Shown here: positions 22,885 through 32,342 of the stretch, piece by piece | Numbering within the stretch: position 1 is the first letter of the stretch | Layout of the letters: every line of letters begins with the position of its first letter | Assembly: GCF_001194135.2 (NCBI RefSeq) | Contig: NC_068997.1 | Coordinates: 7,242,373-7,274,714, forward strand | DNA length: 32,342 bases | Origin: Octopus bimaculoides | Taxonomy: Eukaryota | Direction: 5' to 3' | Position numbers and translations under genes: made by a program | Notes under the pieces: model-generated | Seen by the model: the letters and a program-made list of their open reading frames with translations, nothing else | Database searches by the model: none | Told to the model about the DNA's origin: nothing

Positions 22885-23110
22885 AAGGCAGCAAAAGCTG
22901 GCAGAATTGTTAGCATGCTGGGCCAAATACTTAGTAGCATTTCATTTTCTTGATGTTCTGAGTTCAAATTCTGCTGAGGTCAACATTGCTTTTCATTCTT
23001 TCGGGGTTAATAAAAGAAGTACCAGTTGTGCACTGGGGTTGATATAATCGACTTACCTCTTCCCCTGAAATTGCTGGCCATGTGCCAAAATTTGAAACTA
23101 TTATTATTAT
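22885..23110 (+). mobile_element. tRNA-headed SINE, family B (diverged)
   Basis: agctggcagaattgttagc...gagttcaaattctgctgaggtcaac...gtaccagttgtgcactggggttgatataatcgact...attattattat. Confidence 0.82.
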
Positions 23111-23127
23111 AAAGAACAAAATGGTGG

Positions 23128-23466
23128 TTTGGAGTAAATATCATTTGCCAATATAACATGGCAGTCCTGGTTTAGGGCAGATGTTGCTGTAATTTATTCC
23201 CAGGAGACCTCGTCTCCAGCTGGCTATGCAACACGATCTGTGTCCTTATATTTTCGAACAAGGGAATCTAGCACCCCCACTCAGCTCAAAACAATATCTG
23301 TGTATCCCTTGTTTGAAAATATAAGGACACAGATCATGTCGTCTCCTGGGGCTAAATTACAGCAACATTCGTCCTAAACCAGGACTGCCATGTTATGTTG
23401 GCAAATAACTTTTACTCCAAAGTACTGTTGCTGTATATCTCTTGTTGTGAGATTTACAAATAGTAA
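23128..23466. mobile_element. Foldback/MITE-like element with long inverted arms (23128-~23266 and ~23305-23421) plus a ~45-bp extension
   Basis: tttggagtaaa...tgccaatataacatggcagtcctggtttagg...gatctgtgtccttatattttcgaacaaggga pairs with tcccttgtttgaaaatataaggacacagatc...cctaaaccaggactgccatgttatgttggca...tttactccaaa. Confidence 0.88.
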
Positions 23467-23715
23467 AATGGTGATTGTTTAGCAAAATTATTAGCATGGC
23501 AACCAAAATATCTCCTGTTCCTTTCAGCTCTTTACAGTTTAACTTCAAATTTTATCAAAGACAACCTTCAGAGTCAATAAAGTTCCTGTAAAATACTAGG
23601 GTCTGTTTAATAATCCTCAAATCTCTTGTTTCAAATTTGAGAGAAGCAGTTGTCTGGATTTTCATCTAATGCTTCTTTTTTTTCTTCTTCTTCTTCTTCT
23701 TCGATTCCTTCTCAG

Positions 23716-23784
23716 TTCCCAAACATTGTCATTGGTAATACAGAACTGCTGCAGATGATAGTTTCTTGTATAGATGCTGTTCAG
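23716..23784 (+). CDS. INTS3: INTS3 exon m: FPNIVIGNTELLQMIVSCIDAVQ
   Basis: tctcag|ttccca...gttcag|gtgagt; 69 nt; phase 0 to 0. Confidence 0.95.
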
Positions 23785-24148
23785 GTGAGTTTACTTTCTC
23801 TCTTCCCCTTCTCACATTCTCATATTAGTTGTCATCCTGGCTGTTGTTATTAGTCTATCGCTGGTATGGTATACACGTAGATATACTTGCTTTAATTGTT
23901 GTAGTACATCGTGTTTACACGAGGTCACATACACCTGACTGTACTGTTGTTAGTCTTTGATTGTACTACAACAGACTGCATTGTTGTTATGTGTTTGTTG
24001 CCAAAGCATTGTCTCTGCTATTCTTCATCTCATCTATAGTCACTGTATGAAGTACCAGTAATACACTAGTATCCATATCAATTAACAATAATCCTCTCCT
24101 TGTGTTTCTTTGAAACAAATCCTATTTATTATTCTTTATTATTTCCAG

Positions 24149-24224
24149 TTGCAGGATCTCATTTGTCAAATTCTCCAAGGTCACTTGATTATGTTCCGCA
24201 AAGATTCCTTCCTCTACGTCCTCA
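24149..24224 (+). CDS. INTS3: INTS3 exon n: LQDLICQILQGHLIMFRKDSFLYVL(N)
   Basis: ttccag|ttgcag...ctca|gtaagt; 76 nt; phase 0 to 1. Confidence 0.96.
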
Positions 24225-25064
24225 GTAAGTTCTTTACTTTCCCTTTTTGTTTTTCTTGTTTTATTATCATTTCCGTTCGTTTTTCTTTACTCTTTGTTTT
24301 CTTTTGTTGTTTGGTTTTTTTCTTTTCGTATTGTCACCTGATTTCATTGAGAATATTTATTTGTCTGTAAGGTGTCAGCCAATCAATGAAAGCTTTGTTG
24401 GTTCACTTTCCATGTCCTTGGTTAAGATACTCAACTCTCAATGGCAGTGTCCATCAGATTGTAAATAGATGTCATGTCTTGTGTAATGTTGTTACCCTAT
24501 GTCAAAAGTAATGTTGATGGTGGCACTTGTGCCACGACTACTCAGAGTATGCTGTTACAACTGAATATACAGTTTAAGTAAGGAGGAGAAGAACTCCTGC
24601 AGCTTCGGTTATCAAAGGAAAGTAGATTTCCACCAGCCTGCAGTAACTGAATTCAATTCTTTTCATTGTCATTGTTTGGAGAAAAGATAAATTCCATGTG
24701 GTTAATTTGGTTTAGATATTCACTACAAAGAAACAAAAACTGGATTGTCTGTCTTTAACTTGACAGAATATGGGATTCTGTATGTCTCTTGTTGGCTAAG
24801 TTCATCTATGAACTGGTACATCTTATCGTTGTAAGCAGTAGGAGCAGTATGTAATTTATGAGTGTTCGGTAATGCCTTTGAAGAGATCTTCTAAGTGGAC
24901 AGGGGTCAATATGATGCACTGGTTTTTGAGATCCACATTTACTTAATACCTGATGCTCTTTGTTTCTTGTTCCTCAGATAATGTTGTCTGCTCAGTTCAT
25001 AACATATTTCTATTGTTTTGTGGCTGTATTTGTTTTACTTCTGCATCCATTTCTCATCCACCAG

Positions 25065-25178
25065 ATGCCAGTTTGGAATGGGAAACCATTGAACAATATT
25101 TCCTGTGGCAGCTAATCACAGCTCATAGTATACCTGTTGAACATATCATGCCGGTATTACCAAAGCTGGAATTTTGCA
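25065..25178 (+). CDS. INTS3: INTS3 exon o: ASLEWETIEQYFLWQLITAHSIPVEHIMPVLPKLEFC(T)
   Basis: caccag|atgcca...ttgca|gtaagt; 114 nt; phase 1 to 1. Confidence 0.96.
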
Positions 25179-25715
25179 GTAAGTGTGACTTCTTGTTAAT
25201 TGGGGAATTCAAACATACATGCACACACACACACTCACACACACACACACACTCAATCACCCCCCTCCTTTCTCACCTACCAAATACTCTCCCACACACA
25301 AACACAGTCTGTAACTCCTATACATACACACATAAACATACACGGACACACACATGTGCAAATATACATGTATGCACTATATACGCATGTATACTCATAC
25401 ATACATGTGCATCCCTCCGCTCCCCCCACCGCCAATAAGCACCCTCCTGCCGTTAACGACAACAATTACCTCTCATACTTTGGCTTCACTGATTGGCACA
25501 TCAACTGCTCAGGCATCATTTTTGGGAAGCAGACGTTTCTTTTTTTTTTTTTTTTGTCTCAAAAATTTCTCAAAAGATTTAAACTTGTGAATTGGAAGAT
25601 TGGAAAGCAAGAACTACTTGTTTATAGAAGTTGTGCATGTATTGGTAGCAGTTACAAAGTAACTGAAGGACCGAAGATTTTGTGCATTGGCACTTACCAA
25701 AACACTTTGATAAGC

Positions 25716-25828
25716 ATAATAATAATAATAATAACAATAATGATAATAATAATGATAATAGTAATAATAATGATAACAATAATGATAACAATAATAATAA
25801 CAATAACAATAACAATAACAACAACAAC

Positions 25829-25864
<36 letters not shown>
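25716..25864. repeat. Compound trinucleotide tract (AAT/AAC/GAT)n, ~149 bp
   Basis: Direct reading. Source of the poly-N/I/L/Y ORF artefacts. Confidence 0.95.
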
Positions 25865-25865
<1 letters not shown>

Positions 25866-25893
25866 TATCTGTAACGTTTGTTTCTTTGTACAG

Positions 25894-25942
25894 CTCATTC
25901 AGAAGCACTTGCCAGTATCATGATATTGCTGAAACAGGAATG
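25894..25942 (+). CDS. INTS3: INTS3 exon p: HSEALASIMILLKQE(C)
   Basis: gtacag|ctcattc...gaatg|gtaagt; 49 nt; phase 1 to 2. Confidence 0.94.
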
Positions 25943-25974
25943 GTAAGTCAGGTTCAGAGATTTCTTATTCAAAT

Positions 25975-26072
25975 TGGAACCTGGTGCAGCCCCACTGGCT
26001 TGCCAGACCTCAGTCAAACCGTCCAGCCCATGCCAGCATGGAAAGCTGATGTTAAACAACGATGATGGTGAT
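25975..26072 (+). mobile_element. RTE-type 3' tail fragment
   Basis: tggaacctggtgcagcc...cagtcaaaccgtccagcccatgccagcatggaaagctgatgttaaac..gatgat. Confidence 0.82.
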
Positions 26073-26707
26073 CTCCATTATTAGCATTACTTTGAGTCCA
26101 ATTCTCTCAGTAGAATCACCCCCCCCCTCTCCTTAACCCTCAGACATTTTGACCAAATCCTTTGACCTTCACCATCAACATCATTATTGATATTACACTG
26201 TCTCCTTCTACTATACTCATTGTTTCTTACTATCACAAAAGATCTAAAAATCACTGAAAATGATCAGGTGGATGATGATGATGATGATGATGGCGGTGGT
26301 GATAATTATGGTTATAAGCTTGATGCATTTGTGCTGGTGATCTGTGTTTAAGTGTGTCTGTTATTTAGTTTCTATGTTGTTATAAAGCAATATTTCAGGC
26401 TTTGTGTTTATGTATCCGTATGTCTCTGTATAACAGCTCCCTGTATTACATCAGTGTGTGTTTGTGTGTGTATTTATGTATGGACTTAAGTCTGTATATG
26501 ATGTCTGCTGACAGGGAAGTGTTTGTATGGTTTGCTTATCCTTGTCTGAATATGTGTGTGATGACGTGTCAGCTAGTATATATTTGTCTGCGGGTGTATG
26601 TATATGCGTGCACTTGAGTTCCTATGGGTGTATGTATGGTTATGTTTGCTTGAATACCTGTGGTATGAACTGTAAAATAAGGGGAACATGTTACTTGTTG
26701 CTTGCAG

Positions 26708-26875
26708 CCCAACTGCCGAGTTATTGCGACCATTAATGTGCCGAGAATACAAGAAGCAGGATTTGTTTACGGTGTCTGTTATCAAGAATTGGGCTCATGA
26801 ATATGAGGACCGACTGGCAGAATTGCTTTACAACCTTCTTGCTAAATCAAACAGTACACCAAAGAAGCGGCAGAG
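26708..26875 (+). CDS. INTS3: INTS3 exon q: PTAELLRPLMCREYKKQDLFTVSVIKNWAHEYEDRLAELLYNLLAKSNSTPKKRQ(R)
   Basis: ttgcag|cccaact...cagag|gtaacc; 168 nt; phase 2 to 2. Confidence 0.95.
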
Positions 26876-27100
26876 GTAACCATTTCCTCTAAATTTATCT
26901 CTGTTATGTTCAAAAAGTTTTTGAGAATTGTTTTAGTTTTTTTTTTTTTTTGTCATCTGTTTTGGTATGTGTTCTTATATGATATTCCTGCAATTGGAAT
27001 GGTGAGCAATCTGTAGAGCATCTAGTTGTAAAAAACAAATACAAGACAAAGGTTTAAAAGAATAAGTAAGTATTCCATTTATTAGCAGAGAAAAGTAGAT

Positions 27101-27322
27101 TTAATCCTTTAGCATTTAAACTGGCCGAAAATGGTTAAAATATTCAAATTGGCTAGATCTGGCCTCTTATACCTACCCAACAATATCATTAAAAAGAAAA
27201 CAATAACCTCATTGAAGTCTTGAAACTATGAGATAATGCATAACTGATTGACTGATTTGAAACAATTTGAATAAATAAGTATTATTACATTTGGCAGAGA
27301 AATCTGAATAGCAAAGGGTTAA
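27101..27322. mobile_element. piggyBac-type MITE, copy 2
   Basis: TTAA-tCCTTTAGCATT...gaatagcAAAGGG-TTAA. Interior colinear with 4892-5120. Confidence 0.78.
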
Positions 27323-27418
27323 ATTAGTTAAATTAGTTGAAATAAAACCAAACGAAATTGACCCGAGTGTTGTGATAAAGATTATTATTAAGTACGACTT
27401 TGGAATTTTGTCTTTCAG

Positions 27419-27510
27419 AAATAATTCTGCCAAGCGCGATAACATGCCAACACCAGATCAAGTCCTTGCTCATTTGGACCATATGAGGGTGGTGTGTCGA
27501 AACGTGTCTT
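27419..27510 (+). CDS. INTS3: INTS3 exon r: NNSAKRDNMPTPDQVLAHLDHMRVVCRNVS(F)
   Basis: tttcag|aaataat...gtctt|gtaagt; 92 nt; phase 2 to 1; recalled human EQILEHLDNLR. Confidence 0.92.
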
Positions 27511-27878
27511 GTAAGTGTTAACATTAGATCTGTTTTGTTTTGTTGTTTTATTAATTAACCAGAATGATCTGACAGAATGGGTTGAGTTGTGTGATACCTG
27601 GTAGTGTTTAGTTTTCTCTGTATTCTGAGTTCAAATCCTGTTGGAGTCAAAGCTTTCATCTCTCTGCATCTCTTGAAGTAAATACCAGTCATATACTAGT
27701 ATCGTTTGGACTCCTTTCCTGACAAACTCTGTGGGCTTGAGCTAATCTAAGAACAATTGTTAATATTAGTCTTTTTAGCATTTCTAAAATGAAGTTGAGG
27801 AATTCACATAGCATCTGATCTGTGTGCTATCTATTTTTGTTTTGATGTGGCCTGCAGAGAATTTGGAAAATATTTGTG

Positions 27879-27925
<47 letters not shown>

Positions 27926-28237
27926 TAAGGTACTCAGAAATCTGGATGTTTGTACATTTACAGATTTTTTATTAATGTCACATGTTTTATAAATTAAATA
28001 AAGCGCTTTTCACCTNNNNNNNNNNNNNNNNNNNNNNNNNNNNNNNNNNNNNNNNNNNNNNNNNNNNNNNNNNNNNNNNNNNNNNNNNNNNNNNNNNNNN
28101 NNNNNNNNNNNNNNNNNNNNNNNNNNNNNNNNNNNNNNNNNNNNNNNNNNNNNNNNNNNNNNNNNNNNNNNNNNNNNNNNNNNNNNNNNNNNNNNNNNNN
28201 NNNNNNNNNNNNNNNNNNNNNNNNNNNNNNNNNNNNN

Positions 28238-28270
<33 letters not shown>

Positions 28271-28500
28271 TAATAATAATGATGGTGATGATAGCAATAA
28301 TAATGGGACCCTGAGGAGATGGAGTATCCTATATTTTATAATATTTTATAATATTTTATGATATGTATTAATCATTCTGGATGTTCTATCGAAATGTACA
28401 TAGGTCTATTTATTTGTTATTATTATTGTTATTGTTGTTGTAATAAAGTATTTTCAATGGATGATCAATTTTGAGCTCTATTTAAAGTTGATATATATAT

Positions 28501-28570
28501 CATCATCATCATCATCGTTTAACGTCCGCTTTCCATGCTAGCATGGGTTGGACGATTTGACTGAGGACTG

Positions 28571-28574
<4 letters not shown>
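28501..28574 (-). mobile_element. Very short young RTE-type tail copy
   Basis: 59 nt identical to 13341-13399, plus (CAT)5, flanked by (TA)n on both sides. Confidence 0.88.
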
Positions 28575-28610
<36 letters not shown>

Positions 28611-28627
28611 TTATATTCTTCTTCTAG

Positions 28628-28700
28628 TTTTGAACCATGAAAGTATGCAGCATGCCTTACAGCAAGTACAAATGACAGCGTCTGAGGTACAAAAAACAAA
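28628..28700 (+). CDS. INTS3: INTS3 exon s: LNHESMQHALQQVQMTASEVQKT(K)
   Basis: ttctag|ttttgaac...acaaa|gtgagt; 73 nt; phase 1 to 2. Confidence 0.93.
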
Positions 28701-28884
28701 GTGAGTAATTTTTATTTTCCCAACTCCCATTTATCATCTCCCGTTTGAAGTCTGATTTAGGAATATATATAAAAGGGTAGAATATACAAATGTTCAACAT
28801 TTTCAGTCAAAATAGATAAAAGTGTGTTTTGTACAAGACACACTTGCGTTGTTGAGTGGATGTAAACTGGACAGTGGCTCTTGG

Positions 28885-28924
28885 CTGTTTATTCCCAGGT
28901 CAGCCCTGACCTGGGAATAAACAG
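28885..28924. repeat. Perfect 19-bp inverted repeat with 2-nt spacer
   Basis: ctgtttattcccaggtcag-cc-ctgacctgggaataaacag. Confidence 0.95.
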
Positions 28925-29137
28925 AGGTAATCTAGCTTTGGCTGTCTATTTTCCCCTTGCAGTCCAAGCCTGCTTTTTAAGCTGGACATAAAATGGTGGT
29001 GATGATGATGATGTATCCATGATTGTATTTATTATTGATTGCAACCTTCCTTATTTAAAGCCACAAGACGTGATTTGGTTGCTTTTCATTGACAGCATGG
29101 GGAGACAGACGCCAGATGATGATGGTGCTGCTAGTGA

Positions 29138-29170
<33 letters not shown>

Positions 29171-29353
29171 ATATTTGTTCATACATGTTTGAGATTCAGG
29201 AGTGAACTATTTCCTTCTAAGTTTGCAAATATTCAAACTTATTTAGGGTTCTTGAAAATGAAGTTTCTCTTTGACATGACCTTAACAAATCAAAACAATT
29301 GCAACTATTTTGAATTGTGACTTAATGTTATTGTTGCATGTCTTCTTCAACAG

Positions 29354-29501
29354 ATACAGTGACTTACTGGCCCTGGCAGAAGACTTTGATGACATGAAGA
29401 CCACTCGTGTACTTAGAGGACGGAGAACCCGTGACAATTCCTCCACTAAAGTGATCAAAGTGAAAAAAGAGGAGACAGAAAGTGAAGCCAGCACTAGTGA
29501 G
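29354..29501 (+). CDS. INTS3: INTS3 exon t: YSDLLALAEDFDDMKTTRVLRGRRTRDNSSTKVIKVKKEETESEASTSE
   Basis: caacag|atacagt...agtgag|gtgagt; 148 nt; phase 2 to 0. Confidence 0.94.
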
Positions 29502-29885
29502 GTGAGTTATGCACAGTTGTCTCCCTTCACTTCGTAACGGCTTGATTCCGTCCCCCCCCCCACTTGCACGAGTGTACCGTGGAGGCAAAGAGAATTTAAA
29601 TGCTACACCTCTTCGTTTCATTTACGTGATGAGTGAACGGTAGTAGTTTTCTCCCCTTTGACTCGAAGAATGAATAACGCCACAACAGTTGTCTCCCTTG
29701 CGATCTCGTAGTTCGTTCACGGATCTGTTTCGAAGACTGCAAGGAGCTGTATGGTTGCATATTCTATTAAATAGGTTACTCCAAGTGTCATATCGTTTGC
29801 AAATAGTCCTTTCATGTTATGTCCTGAAATCACGTTGATTGCGTTGGCTGAGTCTGCAACTTGCTGTCGTTTATCGTTACTGTCA

Positions 29886-30007
29886 GTGCTGGTGCCACAT
29901 AACAAGCACCCAGTACATGTTAGGCAGGGCATCCAGCTGGAGAAACCACGCCAAAAACAGACAGTGGAACCTGGTGTGGCTGATGGCCTTTCCAGCTCCT
30001 GTCGAAA
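29886..30007 (+). mobile_element. Diverged RTE-type tail fragment
   Basis: gtgctggtgccacataacaagcacccagtac..ttaggcagggcatccagctggagaaaccacgccaaa..tggaacctggtg. Confidence 0.72.
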
Positions 30008-30125
30008 TTTTGTCACAAAATCTAACTACATATATACACAACATATAGATTCATAGGAATACACTAGTTTGTGTGATTGTGTGTGTCTGTATATGATCCT
30101 TGTTTCTTTTTTTTTCTTGTCTTAG

Positions 30126-30245
30126 GAGGAAGATGTGAAACCGAAGCCGAAGAAACGGAAGAAAGGATCAGCCACAACAACAGCAACAACAACAGCATCA
30201 TCATCATCAGCAACATCAGCTGCCATTGATGAGGACAGTGATTGA
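30126..30245 (+). CDS. INTS3: INTS3 last coding exon: EEDVKPKPKKRKKGSATTTATTTASSSSATSAAIDEDSD*
   Basis: tcttag|gaggaa...gat TGA (30243-30245); basic NLS-like cluster and acidic end, as in the recalled human tail. Confidence 0.95.
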   Translation, partial: EEDVKPKPKKRKKGSATTTATTTASSSSATSAAIDEDSD

Positions 30246-30301
30246 ATTGTTGGACAAACAGACAGCCCGCCTGTGTTCTATTTTTATCTCACAATTCGTG
30301 T

Positions 30302-30346
<45 letters not shown>

Positions 30347-32103
30347 CTAATATTTACATGATAGATCTGTGAATATATATATATATATATATATATGTGC
30401 AGGTATGGGTGTGTGTATGTGTATATATATATATATATATANNNNNNNNNNNNNNNNNNNNNNNNNNNNNNNNNNNNNNNNNNNNNNNNNNNNNNNNNNN
30501 NNNNNNNNNNNNNNNNNNNNNNNNNNNNNNNNNNNNNNNNNNNNNNNNNNNNNNNNNNNNNNNNNNNNNNNNNNNNNNNNNNNNNNNNNNNNNNNNNNNN
30601 NNNNNNNNNNNNNNNNNNNNNNNNNNNNNNNNNNNNNNNNNNNNNNNNNNNNNNNNNNNNNNNNNNNNNNNNNNNNNNNNNNNNNNNNNNNNNNNNNNNN
30701 NNNNNNNNNNNNNNNNNNNNNNNNNNNNNNNNNNNNNNNNNNNNNNNNNNNNNNNNNNNNNNNNNNNNNNNNNNNNNNNNNNNNNNNNNNNNNNNNNNNN
30801 NNNNNNNNNNNNNNNNNNNNNNNNNNNNNNNNNNNNNNNNNNNNNNNNNNNNNNNNNNNNNNNNNNNNNNNNNNNNNNNNNNNNNNNNNNNNNNNNNNNN
30901 NNNNNNNNNNNNNNNNNNNNNNNNNNNNNNNNNNNNNNNNNNNNNNNNNNNNNNNNNNNNNNNNNNNNNNNNNNNNNNNNNNNNNNNNNNNNNNNNNNNN
31001 NNNNNNNNNNNNNNNNNNNNNNNNNNNNNNNNNNNNNNNNNNNNNNNNNNNNNNNNNNNNNNNNNNNNNNNNNNNNNNNNNNNNNNNNNNNNNNNNNNNN
31101 NNNNNNNNNNNNNNNNNNNNNNNNNNNNNNNNNNNNNNNNNNNNNNNNNNNNNNNNNNNNNNNNNNNNNNNNNNNNNNNNNNNNNNNNNNNNNNNNNNNN
31201 NNNNNNNNNNNNNNNNNNNNNNNCCACCACCACCATCTCCATACCTTTATGAAAAAAAAAAAGTGTAATGAAAAAGAAACATTTAACAAAAAAAAAATAT
31301 AAAAAGCTAATTATCAATAATAATGATAATGACACTAATGATGACAATAACAAGAACAACAATAATAACAATAAAAGGACTACATCTTTCTCTATTTGTA
31401 GTTGTGATAAAGTTAATTCTCTGTTGCTGCTGCATTTGTCTAAGCAAATGGAAAGTAACATGAACAGCATGAAGAGTTGCGAAGAAATAAAATGAAATTC
31501 TGAAAAATAAAGAAGAAAATATTCAGATTTGAGAAATGAAAGAAAGAAAAGCAAACAAACGATATAATTATTTTTATAATTACTTAGTTACTAAAGAGGA
31601 TTAAATTGATATTGGTCAAGGAAGGAAGAGAAAGCGATTCAGATGCTCTCTCTGACAAAGTGCATTATGGAATCGGTGCAGCTTCAAGAACTATATACCG
31701 TTTAATGACGTAATTTTATGATTAGTGTTGGAACCTTTCTCAGTTTGACTTTGCCTTTCAGTCCTTTGTTGGTGTGGGTTTCAATAAATATCCCTCAACT
31801 ATCGGTGGGGGTCAGTATTTGACTGTATCATTGATGGTAGTTTCCTCAGAAAGATTTCATTCTTTGCACTGTGACCAGTAACATTAAAAGAATTTAGTGA
31901 AAGCATTTAATGCTGAATAAGTTTGTATCTAATGCAAGGTAGAACGAACTTGCTGCTGTAAGCAGAAGGAGTGATGTGAAAATGGTGAGTGTTTTGCTAG
32001 CTTGCAAGTGCTGAGTTCAATTTCTTGTGCGTGTGTACCATAAGAGGAATTTACATTTCACTGGTCTAACCTTGAAGCCCCCCCCCCTCTTGGTGAAACA
32101 GAC

Positions 32104-32342
32104 GCATACTTAAAGCTCTTTTGCTCCTTATAGAGCAGAGGCCATCAATGACTTCAGTTCTCAATTCTGGGCCCTCTTTTCTGCTTCCCTCACATTGGAT
32201 CCCTGCTTTTTCAGCTCTTCCTCCGTGTCTTGTCTCCAGTTTTTGTTAGGGTGTCCTCCCTTCTTCCCCCATTTGGGTTTCTAGGTCAGGGCCTGATATG
32301 TAGAGCAGAATATTGGTTTCCTTAAGGTGTGACCTATCCATT
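32104..32342 (-). mobile_element. RTE-clade LINE, ORF C-terminal remnant of a second family (runs off the window end)
   Basis: Reverse strand reads WIGHTLRKPIFCSTYQALT*KPKWGKKGGHPNKNWRQDTEEELKKQGSNVREAEKRAQN*.../VIDGLCSIRSKRA. This matches the RTE end pattern WIGHTLRK...ALTWNP.GKR.RGRP.NTWRR...AQDR..W..LV.GLCS. Confidence 0.85.

Larger units (their letters stand above)
7691..30245 (+). other. INTS3: INTS3 gene span, 3' portion (21 coding exons; 5' exons outside the window or unassembled)
   Basis: Hand-spliced exons give one uninterrupted 667-aa frame with GT-AG introns and matching phases. The peptide is colinear with human INTS3 as I recall it ([75 protein letters not shown]). Confidence 0.97.

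Noticed and set aside
25200-26065. ORFs with poly-I/L/N/Y/C tracts
   Set aside because: Translations of (CA)n and (AAT)n microsatellites.
7779-30125. U12-type introns
   Set aside because: All 20 donors are U2-type (GTAAGT, GTGAGT, GTCAGT and similar); none has the GTATCCTT/ATATCCTT signature.
30289-31554. Long ORFs (285-421 aa) near the window end and at 27982-28314
   Set aside because: They are made almost entirely of N-gap X residues and TA/AAT microsatellite.
31370-31788. AATAAA hexamers at 31370, 31486 and 31783 as the INTS3 polyA signal
   Set aside because: Common in this AT-rich sequence, and a 783-N gap lies in the 3' UTR, so none can be assigned without transcript data.

Overview
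AT-rich, microsatellite-laden animal genomic DNA with five assembly gaps (N at 4699-4708, 6468-6500, 9165-9253, 28016-28237, 30442-31224). The repeat content suggests a coleoid cephalopod such as Octopus; this is inferred from remembered repeat families. The window holds the 3' ~two-thirds of an Integrator complex subunit 3 (INTS3/SOSS-A) gene on the + strand. I reconstructed 21 coding exons by hand (7691-30245). All introns are GT-AG with consistent phases, giving 2004 nt = 667 aa plus stop, from [19 protein letters not shown] to KPKPKKRKKGS...DEDSD*. Upstream exons are not visible. Almost all ORF-track entries are microsatellite, gap or repeat artefacts. The introns carry two tRNA-headed SINE families, many RTE-LINE 3' tails in both orientations, two distinct RTE coding remnants, piggyBac-type MITEs, a mariner miniature, a long foldback element and a decayed tRNA-Thr(TGT)-like sequence. 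I found no convincing novel protein-coding system. The most notable signal is the amount of potential intramolecular dsRNA in the pre-mRNA (inverted repeat pairs, a ~290-nt foldback, a perfect palindrome), which matters in a lineage known for extensive ADAR editing.
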